DNA of 64,000 bases from Octopus vulgaris (taxonomy: Eukaryota). The first letter of the stretch is position 1. Each line of letters starts with the position of its first letter. Of this stretch, positions 26,135 to 36,990 are shown in pieces. Both the position numbers and the translations under genes were made by a program. The stretch covers positions 22,320,001 to 22,384,000 of the forward strand of contig OX597836.1 of the NCBI GenBank assembly GCA_951406725.2. The letters are read 5' to 3'. The notes beneath the pieces are model-generated. The model was not told where the DNA came from. It saw only the letters and a program-made list of their open reading frames with translations, and ran no database searches.

Positions 26135-26800
26135 ATTATTTGTCCTCAATGGTTGAAGGTCACTGTGTAGAAGTTACTCAAAGAATAGATAAGGCTAAAA
26201 CTACATTTATTAGAATGTGTTTTTTCCTCCTCTCCCTTTCACCTAGCACCAGTCTTGGGGGTTCTGAAAATGTCAGAGGCACTACCATTCTCCTTTTAAC
26301 TCTAAAACCATCAAATCTTTTAATACCAACTGGTTTGAATCCACCTCTAGACATAAGAAACAGAACCCCACTCTTTGGTTTTTGAAATATTCATATTGAA
26401 ATTAAAACACCTTAAAAGACCTAAAATTGGGGCTTAATCATCCTCTATAGAGTGGAAACTTGGACAATGTACTGAACAAAAGAGAAGAAGATAGATGTAT
26501 TCAAGAGGTGTATCTTTTATGGATGAGGCAGAATAAGCTGGTAAGAAAAAACCCAACAAAATAACAAATGCCACAATACTAGAAAAGCTGAAAGTTCAAA
26601 GATACCTACTGTCTCTAGAAACAAGTTCACAAAGTTATACTTTGGACATATAAGGCACCATAAGTCATTGTCAAAGACCAACCTGAGTGAAAACAAAGAA
26701 GGGAAGAGAACAAGAGACTGTCAAGGACATTTGTGGAATGACAACATCAAAGAATAGACCAAAAACAAGGACAGCATAACTCAGAGGGGACTGGAGAATT
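26135..26800 (+). mobile_element. Old RTE/BovB-like LINE remnant
   Basis: Broken frames: EVTQRIDKAKTTFIRM; VETWTM; KITNATILEKLKVQR; FGHIRHH..EGKRTRDCQGHLWNDNIKE. Confidence 0.7.
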
Positions 26801-27925
26801 TGGACAAGAAGGGCAGTTGGTTGATGGCAGATGATATAAAATTACGATGGAAGGTTTTAGTTTTACTATGAATATTTCAAAAACCAAAAAGGATGTGTTT
26901 GTTTCTTATGTCTAAGAGTGGATTCAAACAGTATTGAAAGGTTTAAATGGTTTAAAGCAGTTAAAAGGGGAATGGTAGTGCTTCTGATATTTGCAGAGCC
27001 TCAAAGACTAGTGCTAGATGAAAGGGAGAGGAGAAAGAACCATATTTCTGGGGTTGTTGGAAGTGGAAGTAATACATTGAGATATCAAGGAATCTGTGAA
27101 CAAAAGAGAAACCTGAAGCCCAATTCTTGTAACAAAGAAGGCTTTGCTAAAAGTGGTGGTGGTGGTGATAGTTAACCCTCATGATAAATCAGATTCACCA
27201 TTACCAATATATATATGTTATTGATCCCTGCAAGAATGATGAAGAATACAAAGTGACCTTCATCACAGCGGAATACTATCCCATAATGCTATTGATTCTC
27301 TCTGCATCTTGTCTGCCAGTAATCCATAAATAATCTTCCTCTGCATCCTGACCAACCAGACTGGCATTAGAAACAGTCTTGATAATGACTTTTTATTAAT
27401 TATATTTACCAATAACTCGTTATCTACAAGATTGCATTACAACACAAATAACAGCAAGCACAAGTCAACCAAAGAGTTGCTACATGCACCCTTGATTTTG
27501 CTAGAAATAGCAATCGTATGCTCTAAAAATCACATCTATTATCCTAAAAGAAAAAGACAAATCATCTCTGGAAAGACAGGAGGGTCATGATTAGAACATC
27601 TTTGATTATAAATTTGCTCAGCCATGGTGGATCTTTGGTTGAACATACAGCATGAGTTAACCAAAATCTCCCTTAAACAAGATTCCTGTTGTCTTAAAGC
27701 AAGAGAAAGATGAACACATTAGTTAAAATAGTCCTAGATATATTCAGAGTAACTCAGAGTAACAGGTTTTGTTGAATTTTCTGCTGCTTTAAATAAAGTA
27801 TATATATATATATATATATCAACAGGAGTAAAAACTGAATCCCAAGCAGGAAAATCACACCAACATTTTTACAGTTTCGGTTTGCTATTTCCATACTGGG
27901 GTACATAGACACACAGAAAAACAAG

Positions 27926-27959
<34 letters not shown>

Positions 27960-28026
27960 AATTCAGGGTGAATACTTGATAATTGTAAGCACCTGTATAT
28001 ACCATTTAGTGGTGTAGGTGATAGAG

Positions 28027-28343
28027 TATATTAATCAAAATAAAAACATGGATTTAGCGGTACATATGTTTCGGGCCTTTATTAGACGGTTTAATAACAA
28101 TGCATAATGTGTGTCTATAGCCTTCTTCAGCTGCGTACAATTACTACTTCAAGGACATGTATTACATTATGAGTTTTATGTTGGGGATGCAAATCCTCAT
28201 AGTCGCGTATGACAGAGTGGGGTACCAACATAAAATCGAAACGTCCATCCCGCCTGTCACTCGATGTAGAAATTTCTACATTGAGTGAAAGACGGGATGG
28301 ACGTCTAAATACTTGGATTCATGTTTTTATTTTGATTAATATA
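28027..28343. mobile_element. Fold-back mini-element (Penelope pLTR-type) with hammerhead motifs
   Basis: Perfect 24-bp inverted repeat TATATTAATCAAAATAAAAACATG (28027-50 / 28320-43); (TA)n flanks; ~65-nt extension on the left. Confidence 0.7.
28057..28134 (-). ncRNA. Minimal type I hammerhead ribozyme motif
   Basis: Minus strand: GCAG-CTGAAGA-A-GGCT..TAGAC..GTCTA..GGCC-C-GAAAC-ATAT-GTA-CCGC; palindromic stem III ACATATGT; one mismatch in stem I. Confidence 0.65.
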
Positions 28344-28362
28344 TATATATATATATATATAA

Positions 28363-28620
28363 TGTTGTATTTGGGGACGGTCATGTTGCCAGTTTTGTAT
28401 ACAATAGGAATACAAAATGGTTGATCATTAGTAAGGAAAGACACACAAAATAAGAAAGAAGAAAGCAAAGGACTGCTGATGAGGTCACAGAAGTGTGACG
28501 AAAGAACTCTAGCTGAAATACAATTAATATAAAATAAAGCTGAAGCAAATTAACACCAAATATATAGTGTGTGTGTTTTTATTAGCCAAACTGGCAATAC
28601 GGCCATCCCCAAATACAACA
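28363..28620. mobile_element. Second fold-back mini-element with a degenerate hammerhead (28476-28503)
   Basis: 33-bp inverted repeats with 4 mismatches (28363-95 / 28588-620); CTGATGA-G-GTCACA-GAAG-TGTGAC-GAAA, but stem III and the cleavage triplet are degraded. Confidence 0.65.
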
Positions 28621-28722
28621 ATATCTGTTTCAACACACAAATTCACATCAAGAATCTTGCAAAACGAATATATAAACGTATATATACATATACACAAACA
28701 TATCTATTCTAAGACACACATA

Positions 28723-28954
28723 TATTTCTTTACTACCCACAAGGGGCTAAACATAGAGGGGACAAACAGGGACAGACAATGGGATTAAGTTGAATAAATC
28801 GACCCCAGTGCGAAACTGGTACTTTATTTATTGACCCCCGAAAGGATGAAAGGCAAAGTCGACCTCGGCGGAATTTGAACTCAGAACATAACGACAGATG
28901 AAATACCGCTAAACATTTCACCCGGCGCGCTAACGTTTCTGCCAGCTCGCCGCC
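28723..28954 (-). mobile_element. tRNA-derived SINE family B
   Basis: Head GGCGGCGAGCTGGCAGAAACGTTAGC, B-box GAGTTCAAATTCC, core GCCTTTCATCCTTTCGGGG..AAGTACCAG (Meta/MESC-like, from memory); TSD TTCTAAGACACA. Confidence 0.92.
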
Positions 28955-28961
28955 TTCTAAG

Positions 28962-29001
<40 letters not shown>

Positions 29002-29034
29002 AATCATATACATACATGTGCACACACTCATGTA

Positions 29035-29252
29035 TAAGGGGGTGCTGAAAAAATTCCTGGCTTTAAGGGTATCATGAAAGGCTTGGATGGAGGCCCAACC
29101 TTCCGAGTTCTTTAACAGGGTTTAGAAAAACTGAAGGACCACTGCTATAACTGTGTGAATCTGAGAGGGGAATATATTCAATAAAATCATAATTAACTGA
29201 TTCTCCTGTATTTTCTTTTACCAAAAGCCAGGAACTTTGCAGCAATCACTTG
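29035..29252 (+). mobile_element. Mariner-derived MITE
   Basis: TIRs GGGGGTGCTGAAAAAATTCCTGGCTTT / AAAGCCAGGAACTTTGCAGCA; internal GLEKLKDHCYNCVNLRGEYIQ* resembles a mariner C-terminus. Confidence 0.8.
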
Positions 29253-29652
29253 CATATACACAAACACACACACACATATAAATGTGCTTTCAGCTGTTTC
29301 TCTCACTCTCTTCCCCACCAGACACACACACACATACACCCTGAAGCACGTGAGCCAAGTGTAATAGAGAAGGTATCAAAACCTGATATTAAAGATAGAA
29401 TAGAGAGTATAAAGTAAGGGAATGCAGGTTTGAGTAAGGATTAGGGAAGAACAAGGTAGAGGAGAGCATGGAGAATAGAGAGTGATTAGTATATGTGAGA
29501 GAACAAATGAGAGTGTGAGAGACAGGTGTGTGAGAGCGCATGTGTGGTAAAGAATAGACATTGTAACAAAAGACTACCAACCAACCAACCAACCAGCCAA
29601 CAATCAGCTCCAGATTTAGGTTAAATTCACATATCTCTTCTAAAACACACAT

Positions 29653-29887
29653 GTTTCTTTACTACCCACAAGGGGCTAAACATAGAGGGGACAAACAAGG
29701 ACAGACAAAGGGAGGGATTAAGTCGATTACATCGACCCCAGTGCGAAACTGGTACTTTATTTATTGACCCCCGAAAGGATGAAAGGCAAAGTCGACCTCG
29801 GCGGAATTTGAACTCAGAATGTAACAACAGACGAAATACCGCTAAACATTTCACCCGGCGCGCTAACGTTTCTGCCAGCTCGCCGCC
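29653..29887 (-). mobile_element. SINE family B, twin of 28723-28954
   Basis: TSD TTCTAA(A/G)ACACACAT; same private variants. Confidence 0.92.
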
Positions 29888-31168
29888 TTCTAAGACACAC
29901 ATAGACCCACACACATACACGCATGCACAGGGGCACACACACACGGCATGGTTGTGTTGTTAAGAAGCCCCTTTTGAAACACAAGGCTCCATGTTTCGTC
30001 CCTGCTATGTAGCACTTTTGGGTCAGTGTCTTCTGCTATAGCCTCAGGCTGACTAATGCCTTGTGAGTGAATTTGGCAGATGGAAACTGTGTGGAAGCCT
30101 GTTGTGTGTATGTGTGTGCATATGTGTATGTCTTTGTGTTTAGCCACCCCTCCCCCACCACTTGACCACTAGTTCTCTTTTGTTTACATCCCTCAAAATT
30201 AGGGGTTTCAGTAAAAAGAGACAACAAGAACAAGTAGCAGACTTACAAAGTAAGTACTGGGGTCAATTTGTTTTGCTTCCCAACAACAAGGTTCTGGGTT
30301 CAATCCCACTGCATGGCATTTTGGGTGTCTTCTACAATAGCCTTGGGTTGACCAAAGTCTTGTGAATAGATTTGATAGATGGAAACTGAAAGAAGCATAT
30401 TGCATATATATATATATATAAATTTATATAAATAAGGATAAGATCATTAATTTAAAATAAAATAACGATCTTATCAAGTGGCCAGCATGGAAAAAAATAA
30501 CCTCTAAAGGTAATAATTATTAAAATTATAAATTAGGGTATCTACGAGATACCATCATGCTGAAAATAGCAGCCATGATCTGACTCTAAAACCACACACA
30601 CAAAAACAAACATCTGATTTTTATAAGCGTCACAATGTGTATTGTACGATACAAAGAAGATGGTAAAATTTGTCAACAACCAGCCATGTGTGTGTGTGTG
30701 TACCTCACTAGCATTTAACAACCAGAGTTGGGGTGTTTATGTCCCTATAACTTAGTGGTTCAGCAAAAGAGATCAATAGAATAAATATGAGGCTTAAAAG
30801 AAAAAAAAAGGACTGGAATTGATTCATTTGACTAAAATTTCTTCAAAGTGGTGCCCCAGCATGGTCACGGCCAAATGACTTAAACATGTAAAAAAAGAAG
30901 ATAAAAGCAGAGCCCCACCACCCATACACATTGAGGATGGGCTTCCACACAGTTTCCATTTACCAAACTCACTCACAGTGCTATTTACCGGAACTGAACC
31001 CAGAACCATATGATTGCAAAAGAAGCTTCTTAACTACACGGCCATGCCTGGGTTTCATTTTTGTTAGGTCCTTTTTTTTTATTTTCTTTTGTTCTTGAAT
31101 ACTTGATGCACCTTGTAAAGGTATATGTAAATCTACACACACACATACATACATACATACATATTCAA

Positions 31169-31249
31169 GGCTCTGATGAAGCTATGCGGTGTTACTCAGG
31201 CACTTAACTATGAGTGCACTGTATCTTATAGCAGAAACAGCTGTAAGCT
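31169..31249 (+). ncRNA. Minimal type I hammerhead ribozyme motif
   Basis: GGCT-CTGATGA-A-GCTAT-GCGGTG..ACTCA..TGAGT..CACTGT..ATAGC-A-GAAAC-AGCT-GTA-AGCT; long stem II, palindromic stem III ACAGCTGT, predicted cut after 31245. Confidence 0.7.
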
Positions 31250-31511
31250 AATGAAGTTCATAAGATAATCATTTATTCCTTTGTCATCTCATTTTCTTGC
31301 ATACATACATATATATTTGTGGTGATGGCACATGGCCTAGTGGTTAGGGTGTTGCACTCATGATCATAAGATCATGCTTTCAATTTCTGGACTGGGCGGT
31401 GCATTGTGTTCTTGAGCAAAACACTTTATCTCACATTGCTCTTGACAAGTGCTACACCATGCATCTGTTCAAGCAACATTGATTTGATGGCGAGAAGGAG
31501 CTGATGTATAG

Positions 31512-31875
31512 CTTTTTACATTTTTCACTGGTTTCAGTCATTAGAGTGCAGCCATGCTGGGGCATCACCTTAAAACAATTTTAGTCAAACGAATTGACCC
31601 CAGTACTTATTTTCTTTAAGCCTGGTATTTATTCTATAAGTACCTTTTATCAAACCGAAAAGTTAACAGGGATGTAAACATACCAACACCAGCTGCCAAG
31701 CAATGGTAGGGGACAAACAGACACAAAGGCGCATGCACACACACACACGACAAGCTTCTTTCAGTTTCTGTCAACCAAATCCACTCTAGTAGAAGACACT
31801 CAGCCACACAGTGAGACTGAACCTGGAGCCATGAAGCTGGGAAGAGAGCTTCTTACCACACAGTCACTTCTACAC
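31512..31875 (-). mobile_element. SINE family A, diverged
   Basis: Recognisable tail, body and head with deletions. Other degenerate A copies at about 11528-11681, 29945-30400, 30715-30905, 35376-35537, 43503-43940, 49025-49500, 59488-59615, 60590-60750 and 61440-61632. Confidence 0.8.
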
Positions 31876-31949
<74 letters not shown>

Positions 31950-32048
31950 ATGTATGTATATAATGATAATAGTAGGGAATATAATTCCAAAACTTACAGG
32001 GAAAAATTCAATTTAACAATTTTAAATCAAATTTCACAATAATATATG

Positions 32049-32222
32049 TATAAAATTTAGAGAAAAACCACTATTAAACAATTCAGTATTTACTACTATT
32101 TACTATTTATTGTACTTTATTGATTTAGAATAAGGTTTTTTTATAGTATGTGTTTTCTATATGTGTGAATAACATCTTTCTTTATTGAATTGTTTAATAG
32201 TGGTTTTTCTCTAAATTTTATA
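32049..32222. mobile_element. Fold-back mini-element with perfect 37-bp inverted repeats
   Basis: TATAAAATTTAGAGAAAAACCACTATTAAACAATTCA (32049-85) and its reverse complement (32186-222). Confidence 0.75.
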
Positions 32223-32755
32223 TATATATGACTAGGTGTAGGCCATAAACCAAAAGAAAATGGTAAAAATAAGGAACATTTAATATATACATACATGTGT
32301 ATGTGTGTGAAAATGAGCCCATGTATGTATGTGTGTGTGTGTGTGTTAAAACTAGAGTGTTTACATGTAAACATGTTCTAAATTAAACACTTCCACAGAC
32401 ACACATTTCATACAGTTTCTATTTTTGTAGAAGCAGACAAATGGAGAAAAAAAATCACTCTTTCCTTCTCTATGCACAGCCAGAATGTAAATCCACAGGA
32501 ATTCCTAATGCCATGTCTATGATTCTGTCAGCATCACACATGGATTTACCAATGTTCCAGGCTTTCAACATAAACAATTAGATGGGCTGAGAAGGTCATG
32601 GCTACAGCATGGTTTTCGCACTTAACAGCACACACACACATATATACAGAGAAAAATGTAGCCAAGCATGTGTGTGTGTGTGTGTATATAAAGTAAGACA
32701 GAGTACCTGTCACACACACACACACATATATATATATACACACACATACAAACAC

Positions 32756-33637
32756 ATCATCATCATGATTTAACGTCTGTTTTCCATGCTGGCATGGGTT
32801 GGACAGTTTGACTGAAGGATAGCAAACCATCCTTCCTGATCTGGCAAAGTTTCTACAGATGGATACCCTTCTTAATGCTAACCACTCTGAAAGTGTAGTG
32901 GGTGCTTTTTACGAGACACTGGCATGAGGGCCAGTCAGGCAGTACTGGCATCGACCTCGCTTGAATGGTGCTTTTTACATGCCAACAGCACAGGAGCCAG
33001 TTAGCCAGCACTGGCATTGACCATGCCCAAATGGTGCTTTTTACATGCCAATGGCATGGGAGCCAGTCAGGTGGCACTGGCATTGACCACACATTTTATG
33101 TGCCACCAGCACGGGTGTCAATCAGGCAGTACTGTCATCAGCCACAACAATGACTTCATTTGACTCAACAGGTCTTTGCAAACACAGTTTATTGCTGAAT
33201 GATTAAAAGGGGACTCTTAAATGGGCCAGTTATGCTGCACTGGCATAGGCCACGGTTACAGTCTCACTTGACTTGCTGGGTCTTCTCAAGCACAACATAT
33301 CTCCAAAGGTCTTGGTCACTTGTCACTGCCTCCGTGAGGCCCAACATTTGAAGGTCGCGCTTCACCACCTCATCCCAGGTCTTCCTGGGTCTAGCTCTTC
33401 AACAGGTTCCCTCTACTGCTAGAGTGTGACATTTTTTCACACAGCTGTCCTCATCCATACGCAACACATGACCATACCAGTGCAGTCGTCTCTCTTGCAC
33501 ACCACAGCTGATGCTTCTTATGTCCAACTTTTCTCTTAGTTGGCTTAATCTCTGTTGTGTATGCATACTGAAATTACACAGCTAGCGAAGCTCACTAGCT
33601 TCATTCCTTGCAAGGTTACACATGCTCAGCAGTCACA
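32756..33637 (-). mobile_element. RTE-clade LINE, 5'-truncated (RT C-terminus plus 3' UTR)
   Basis: LREKLDIRSISCGVQERRLHWYGHVLRMDEDSCVKKCHTLAVEGTC*RARPRKTWDEVVKRDLQMLGLTEAVTSDQDLWRYVVLEKTQQVK*; RL.W.GHV.R and RGRP..W are RTE motifs; (GAT)n tail. Confidence 0.92.
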
Positions 33638-33645
33638 CATTTGAT

Positions 33646-33696
<51 letters not shown>

Positions 33697-34156
33697 AGAG
33701 AAACAATCAATGTTGCTCTGCTATTTTTGCACCCATTCACCTGCTCTATACGTAAGAAAGAAAAAAGAATAAAATAAATGTATTCTGAATACTAAAAACA
33801 AAAAAAGAAAGACTAAAATATTTCCACTTGTGAAAAGCCGACTGAGAAGCCATAACCAGGTCACAGACATTACACTCCCACTTCCTCCACGACCACTTTA
33901 CCTTTGCAAAGGTACGTAGTTTCATAATGTATCTCTATACACACACACACACACACACACACATGTTGGTTTCAAATTTTGGCACAAGACTGGCAATTTA
34001 GGGGGAAGTTGCTTACATAATTCCGGATGTTCAAATGGCACTTAATTTATTGACCCCACAAAAGGATTAAAGGCAAAGTTGACCTAGACGGAATTTTAAT
34101 TTGTACTGTAAAGATGGACAAAATGCTGCTAAGTATTTTGGCCATCCTGCTAATAA

Positions 34157-34351
<195 letters not shown>

Positions 34352-34361
34352 AATAGATTAA

Positions 34362-34575
34362 CCCTTTTGTTACTGTATATATTTTGAGATGCTCTGTGTT
34401 TCTTTCAATTACTTTAAATATAACAAAGAATTTAGTAAAATAATTTAGTTATCATTCAGCTAGTGTTAGGAACATAAATTGTGACCAAGGTTTGGTGGAA
34501 GATTTTAATCTAAATCTTATGGAAACAAGACATTTGTACTCAGAGCTGGTTTTAGCTGGGTTGGTAACGAAAAGG
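34362..34575. mobile_element. piggyBac-type MITE family 1
   Basis: TTAA-flanked, TIRs CCCTTTTGTTAC/GTAACGAAAAGG, body matches 1063-1283. Older relatives at about 1785-1950, 21570-22370 (split), 25345-26090 (split), 49661-49921 and 58480-58755. Confidence 0.88.
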
Positions 34576-34685
34576 TTAAGGAAGCAAAAGATGGATTCGG
34601 TATTAGTTTTTATTAGACTAATAAAGACTAATAGCAAATCCATCTTCCGTTTCCTTAACTGATTATTATTATCTCAACTATTTAT

Positions 34686-35070
34686 TCTTTTACTGGTTTC
34701 AGTCATTTGACTGCGGCCAAGCTGGAGCAACGCCTTTAGTCAAACAAATCAGCATCAGGACTTATTCTTTGTTAGCCTAGTACTTATTCTATCAGTCTCT
34801 TTTGCCAAACTAAGTTACAGGGATGTAAACAAACCAGCATCAGTTGTCAAGCGATGTTGAGGAGACACACACAAACACACACACATATATACATATATGT
34901 ATATATACGACGGACTTCTTTCAGTTTCTGTCTACCAAATCCACTCACAAGGTTTTGGTTGGCCTGAGGCTACAGTAGAAGACATTTTCCCAAGGTGCCA
35001 CACAGTGGGACTGAACACAAGACCATGTGGTTGGTAAGCAAGCTACTTACCATACAGTCACTTCTGCACC
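34686..35070 (-). mobile_element. SINE family A
   Basis: Full length; carries private variants shared with 36349-36608. Confidence 0.9.
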
Positions 35071-35839
35071 TATATATATATATATATAAATAGAACAAAA
35101 ATGCAATAGAGGGCATTAAAACATTCGGACAGATGAACAATACAAAGGCGGACAAGAGAAACAACAATTAGAAGGACTGGAAAAAAAGACGAGTCATTCT
35201 TGGCTGTCTTTCTTCAGTCAAGTACCAAAAGTCATGACCATTTCGGACAGTTATACTTGAGATGGTTCAAGCCTATAGTCTTTGACAGAAAGGAATAAGG
35301 AAAGAAAATGGAGAGAGAAGAAACACATCTGGATTAACAGTTCCATGTCACACACACACACACACACCAAAGACAACAGGTTTCTTGCAGTTTCTGTTTA
35401 CCAATTTCACTGACAAGGAATTGGTTGTCCTGAGTCTGTAGTAGAAGACTGTTGCCCAAAGTGCCACGCAGTGGGACTGAACCCAAAACTTTTTTGGTTG
35501 GTAACTAAAGTTCTTAACCACACAACCATGCCTGCACTTACACACACACATACACACACACTCTCCCCCACTCCCCCCCTCTCTCTCTGCTTTCTTGTAT
35601 TTTAATGTGTTGCGTATTATTTATTGCTGAAATGAACTCTTGAACTTCAACATGGAAACTATGTCATGGTCGTCAGACATAAACACATCAGCTGCTGACG
35701 AAGACAGGAACTGACAATCTTGCACCTGAGCGTCTGATACTGTCAAATGCAGCTCACTGCTGATGAATGCAGAGAAATAATTGTCACCCTGTCATCATCA
35801 CCTCTCATCACTCACCTTCTCCTCACAGACAGTAATACT

Positions 35840-36070
35840 TATTTCTTTACTACCCACAAGGGGCTAAACACAGAGAGGACAAACAAGGACAGACATAGGT
35901 ATTAAGTCGATTACATCGACCCCAGTGCGTAACTGGTACTTAATTTATCAACCCCCGAAAGGATGAAAAGCAAAGTCGACCTCGGCGGAATTTGAACTCA
36001 CAACGTAACGCAGACGAAATACCGCTAAGCATTTCGCCCGGCGTGCTAACGTTTCTGCCAGCTCGCCGCC
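35840..36070 (-). mobile_element. SINE family B, young
   Basis: Perfect 13-bp TSD AGACAGTAATACT (35827-39, 36071-83). Confidence 0.95.
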
Positions 36071-36348
36071 AGACAGTAATACTGCATGCACACACACATC
36101 CCCAGGTAAACAGAAGGGTGCACCTAACACTTCAGTGCTAAGTGTGCATTAAACTGAAGCAAGCAGAAATAATGAAAGGCAAATAGATGAAAAAGATGAA
36201 AGGCAAATATTCTACTTGTTTTAAGTTCAAACTGGCCAGATCTGACCTCTTACACCTATCCTACAATATCATTTCAGAAATAAACAATCACACCATTGAA
36301 ATCCGAGAACTATGCTGTAATGCATGATTAATTGAAAAAAAAAAGTGA

Positions 36349-36990
36349 ATTATTCTTTGTTAGCCTAGTACTTATTCTATCGGTCTCTTTTGCCAAACTG
36401 CTAAGTTACAGGGATGTAAACACACCAGCATCAGTTGTCAAGCGATGTTGAGGAGACACACACAAACACACACACATATATACACACATATATACAAACA
36501 CATATATATACGACGGACTTCTTCCAGTTTCTGTCTACCAAATTCACTCACAAGGTTTTGGTTGGCCTGAGGCTACAGTAGAAGACATTTGCCCAAGGTG
36601 CCACACAGGTGCAAGCGTGGTCATGTGATATGAAGCTTGCTTCTCGACCACATGGTTCCGGGTTCAGTCCCACAGCATGGCACCTTCGACAAGTGTCTTC
36701 TACTATAGCCTCAGGCTGACTAAAACTTTGTGACTAGATTTGGTAGATGGAAACTGAAAGAAGCTCATCATATATGTATATATTTATGTGTGTTTGTCCC
36801 TCCATCACTGCTTGACAACCGGTGTTGGTGTGTTTATGTCCCCATAACTTAGTAGTTCAGCAAAAGAGATTAATAGAATAAGTACCAGGCTTAAAAAATG
36901 TAAGTCCTGGGGGTGATTTGTTCAACTAAAACCCTTCAAGGCGGTGCTCCAGCATGGCCACAGTCAAATGACTGAAACGAGTGAAAGAAT
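36349..36990. mobile_element. Head-to-head SINE A pair (partial minus 36349-36608; plus 36608-36990) inside a TTAA MITE family 2 remnant
   Basis: MITE halves at about 36205-36348 and 36991-37023 flank the pair. Confidence 0.8.

Noticed and set aside
33899-33914. Perfect 16-bp palindrome TACCTTTGCAAAGGTA giving donor-like sites on both strands
   Set aside because: About one such palindrome is expected by chance in 64 kb; no partner exon found.
35690-35790. CTGACGA-AGAC..GTCT-GATAC and CTGATGA..GAAAT hammerhead-like strings
   Set aside because: Core mismatch (GATAC) and no adjacent stem I/III; could be chance.
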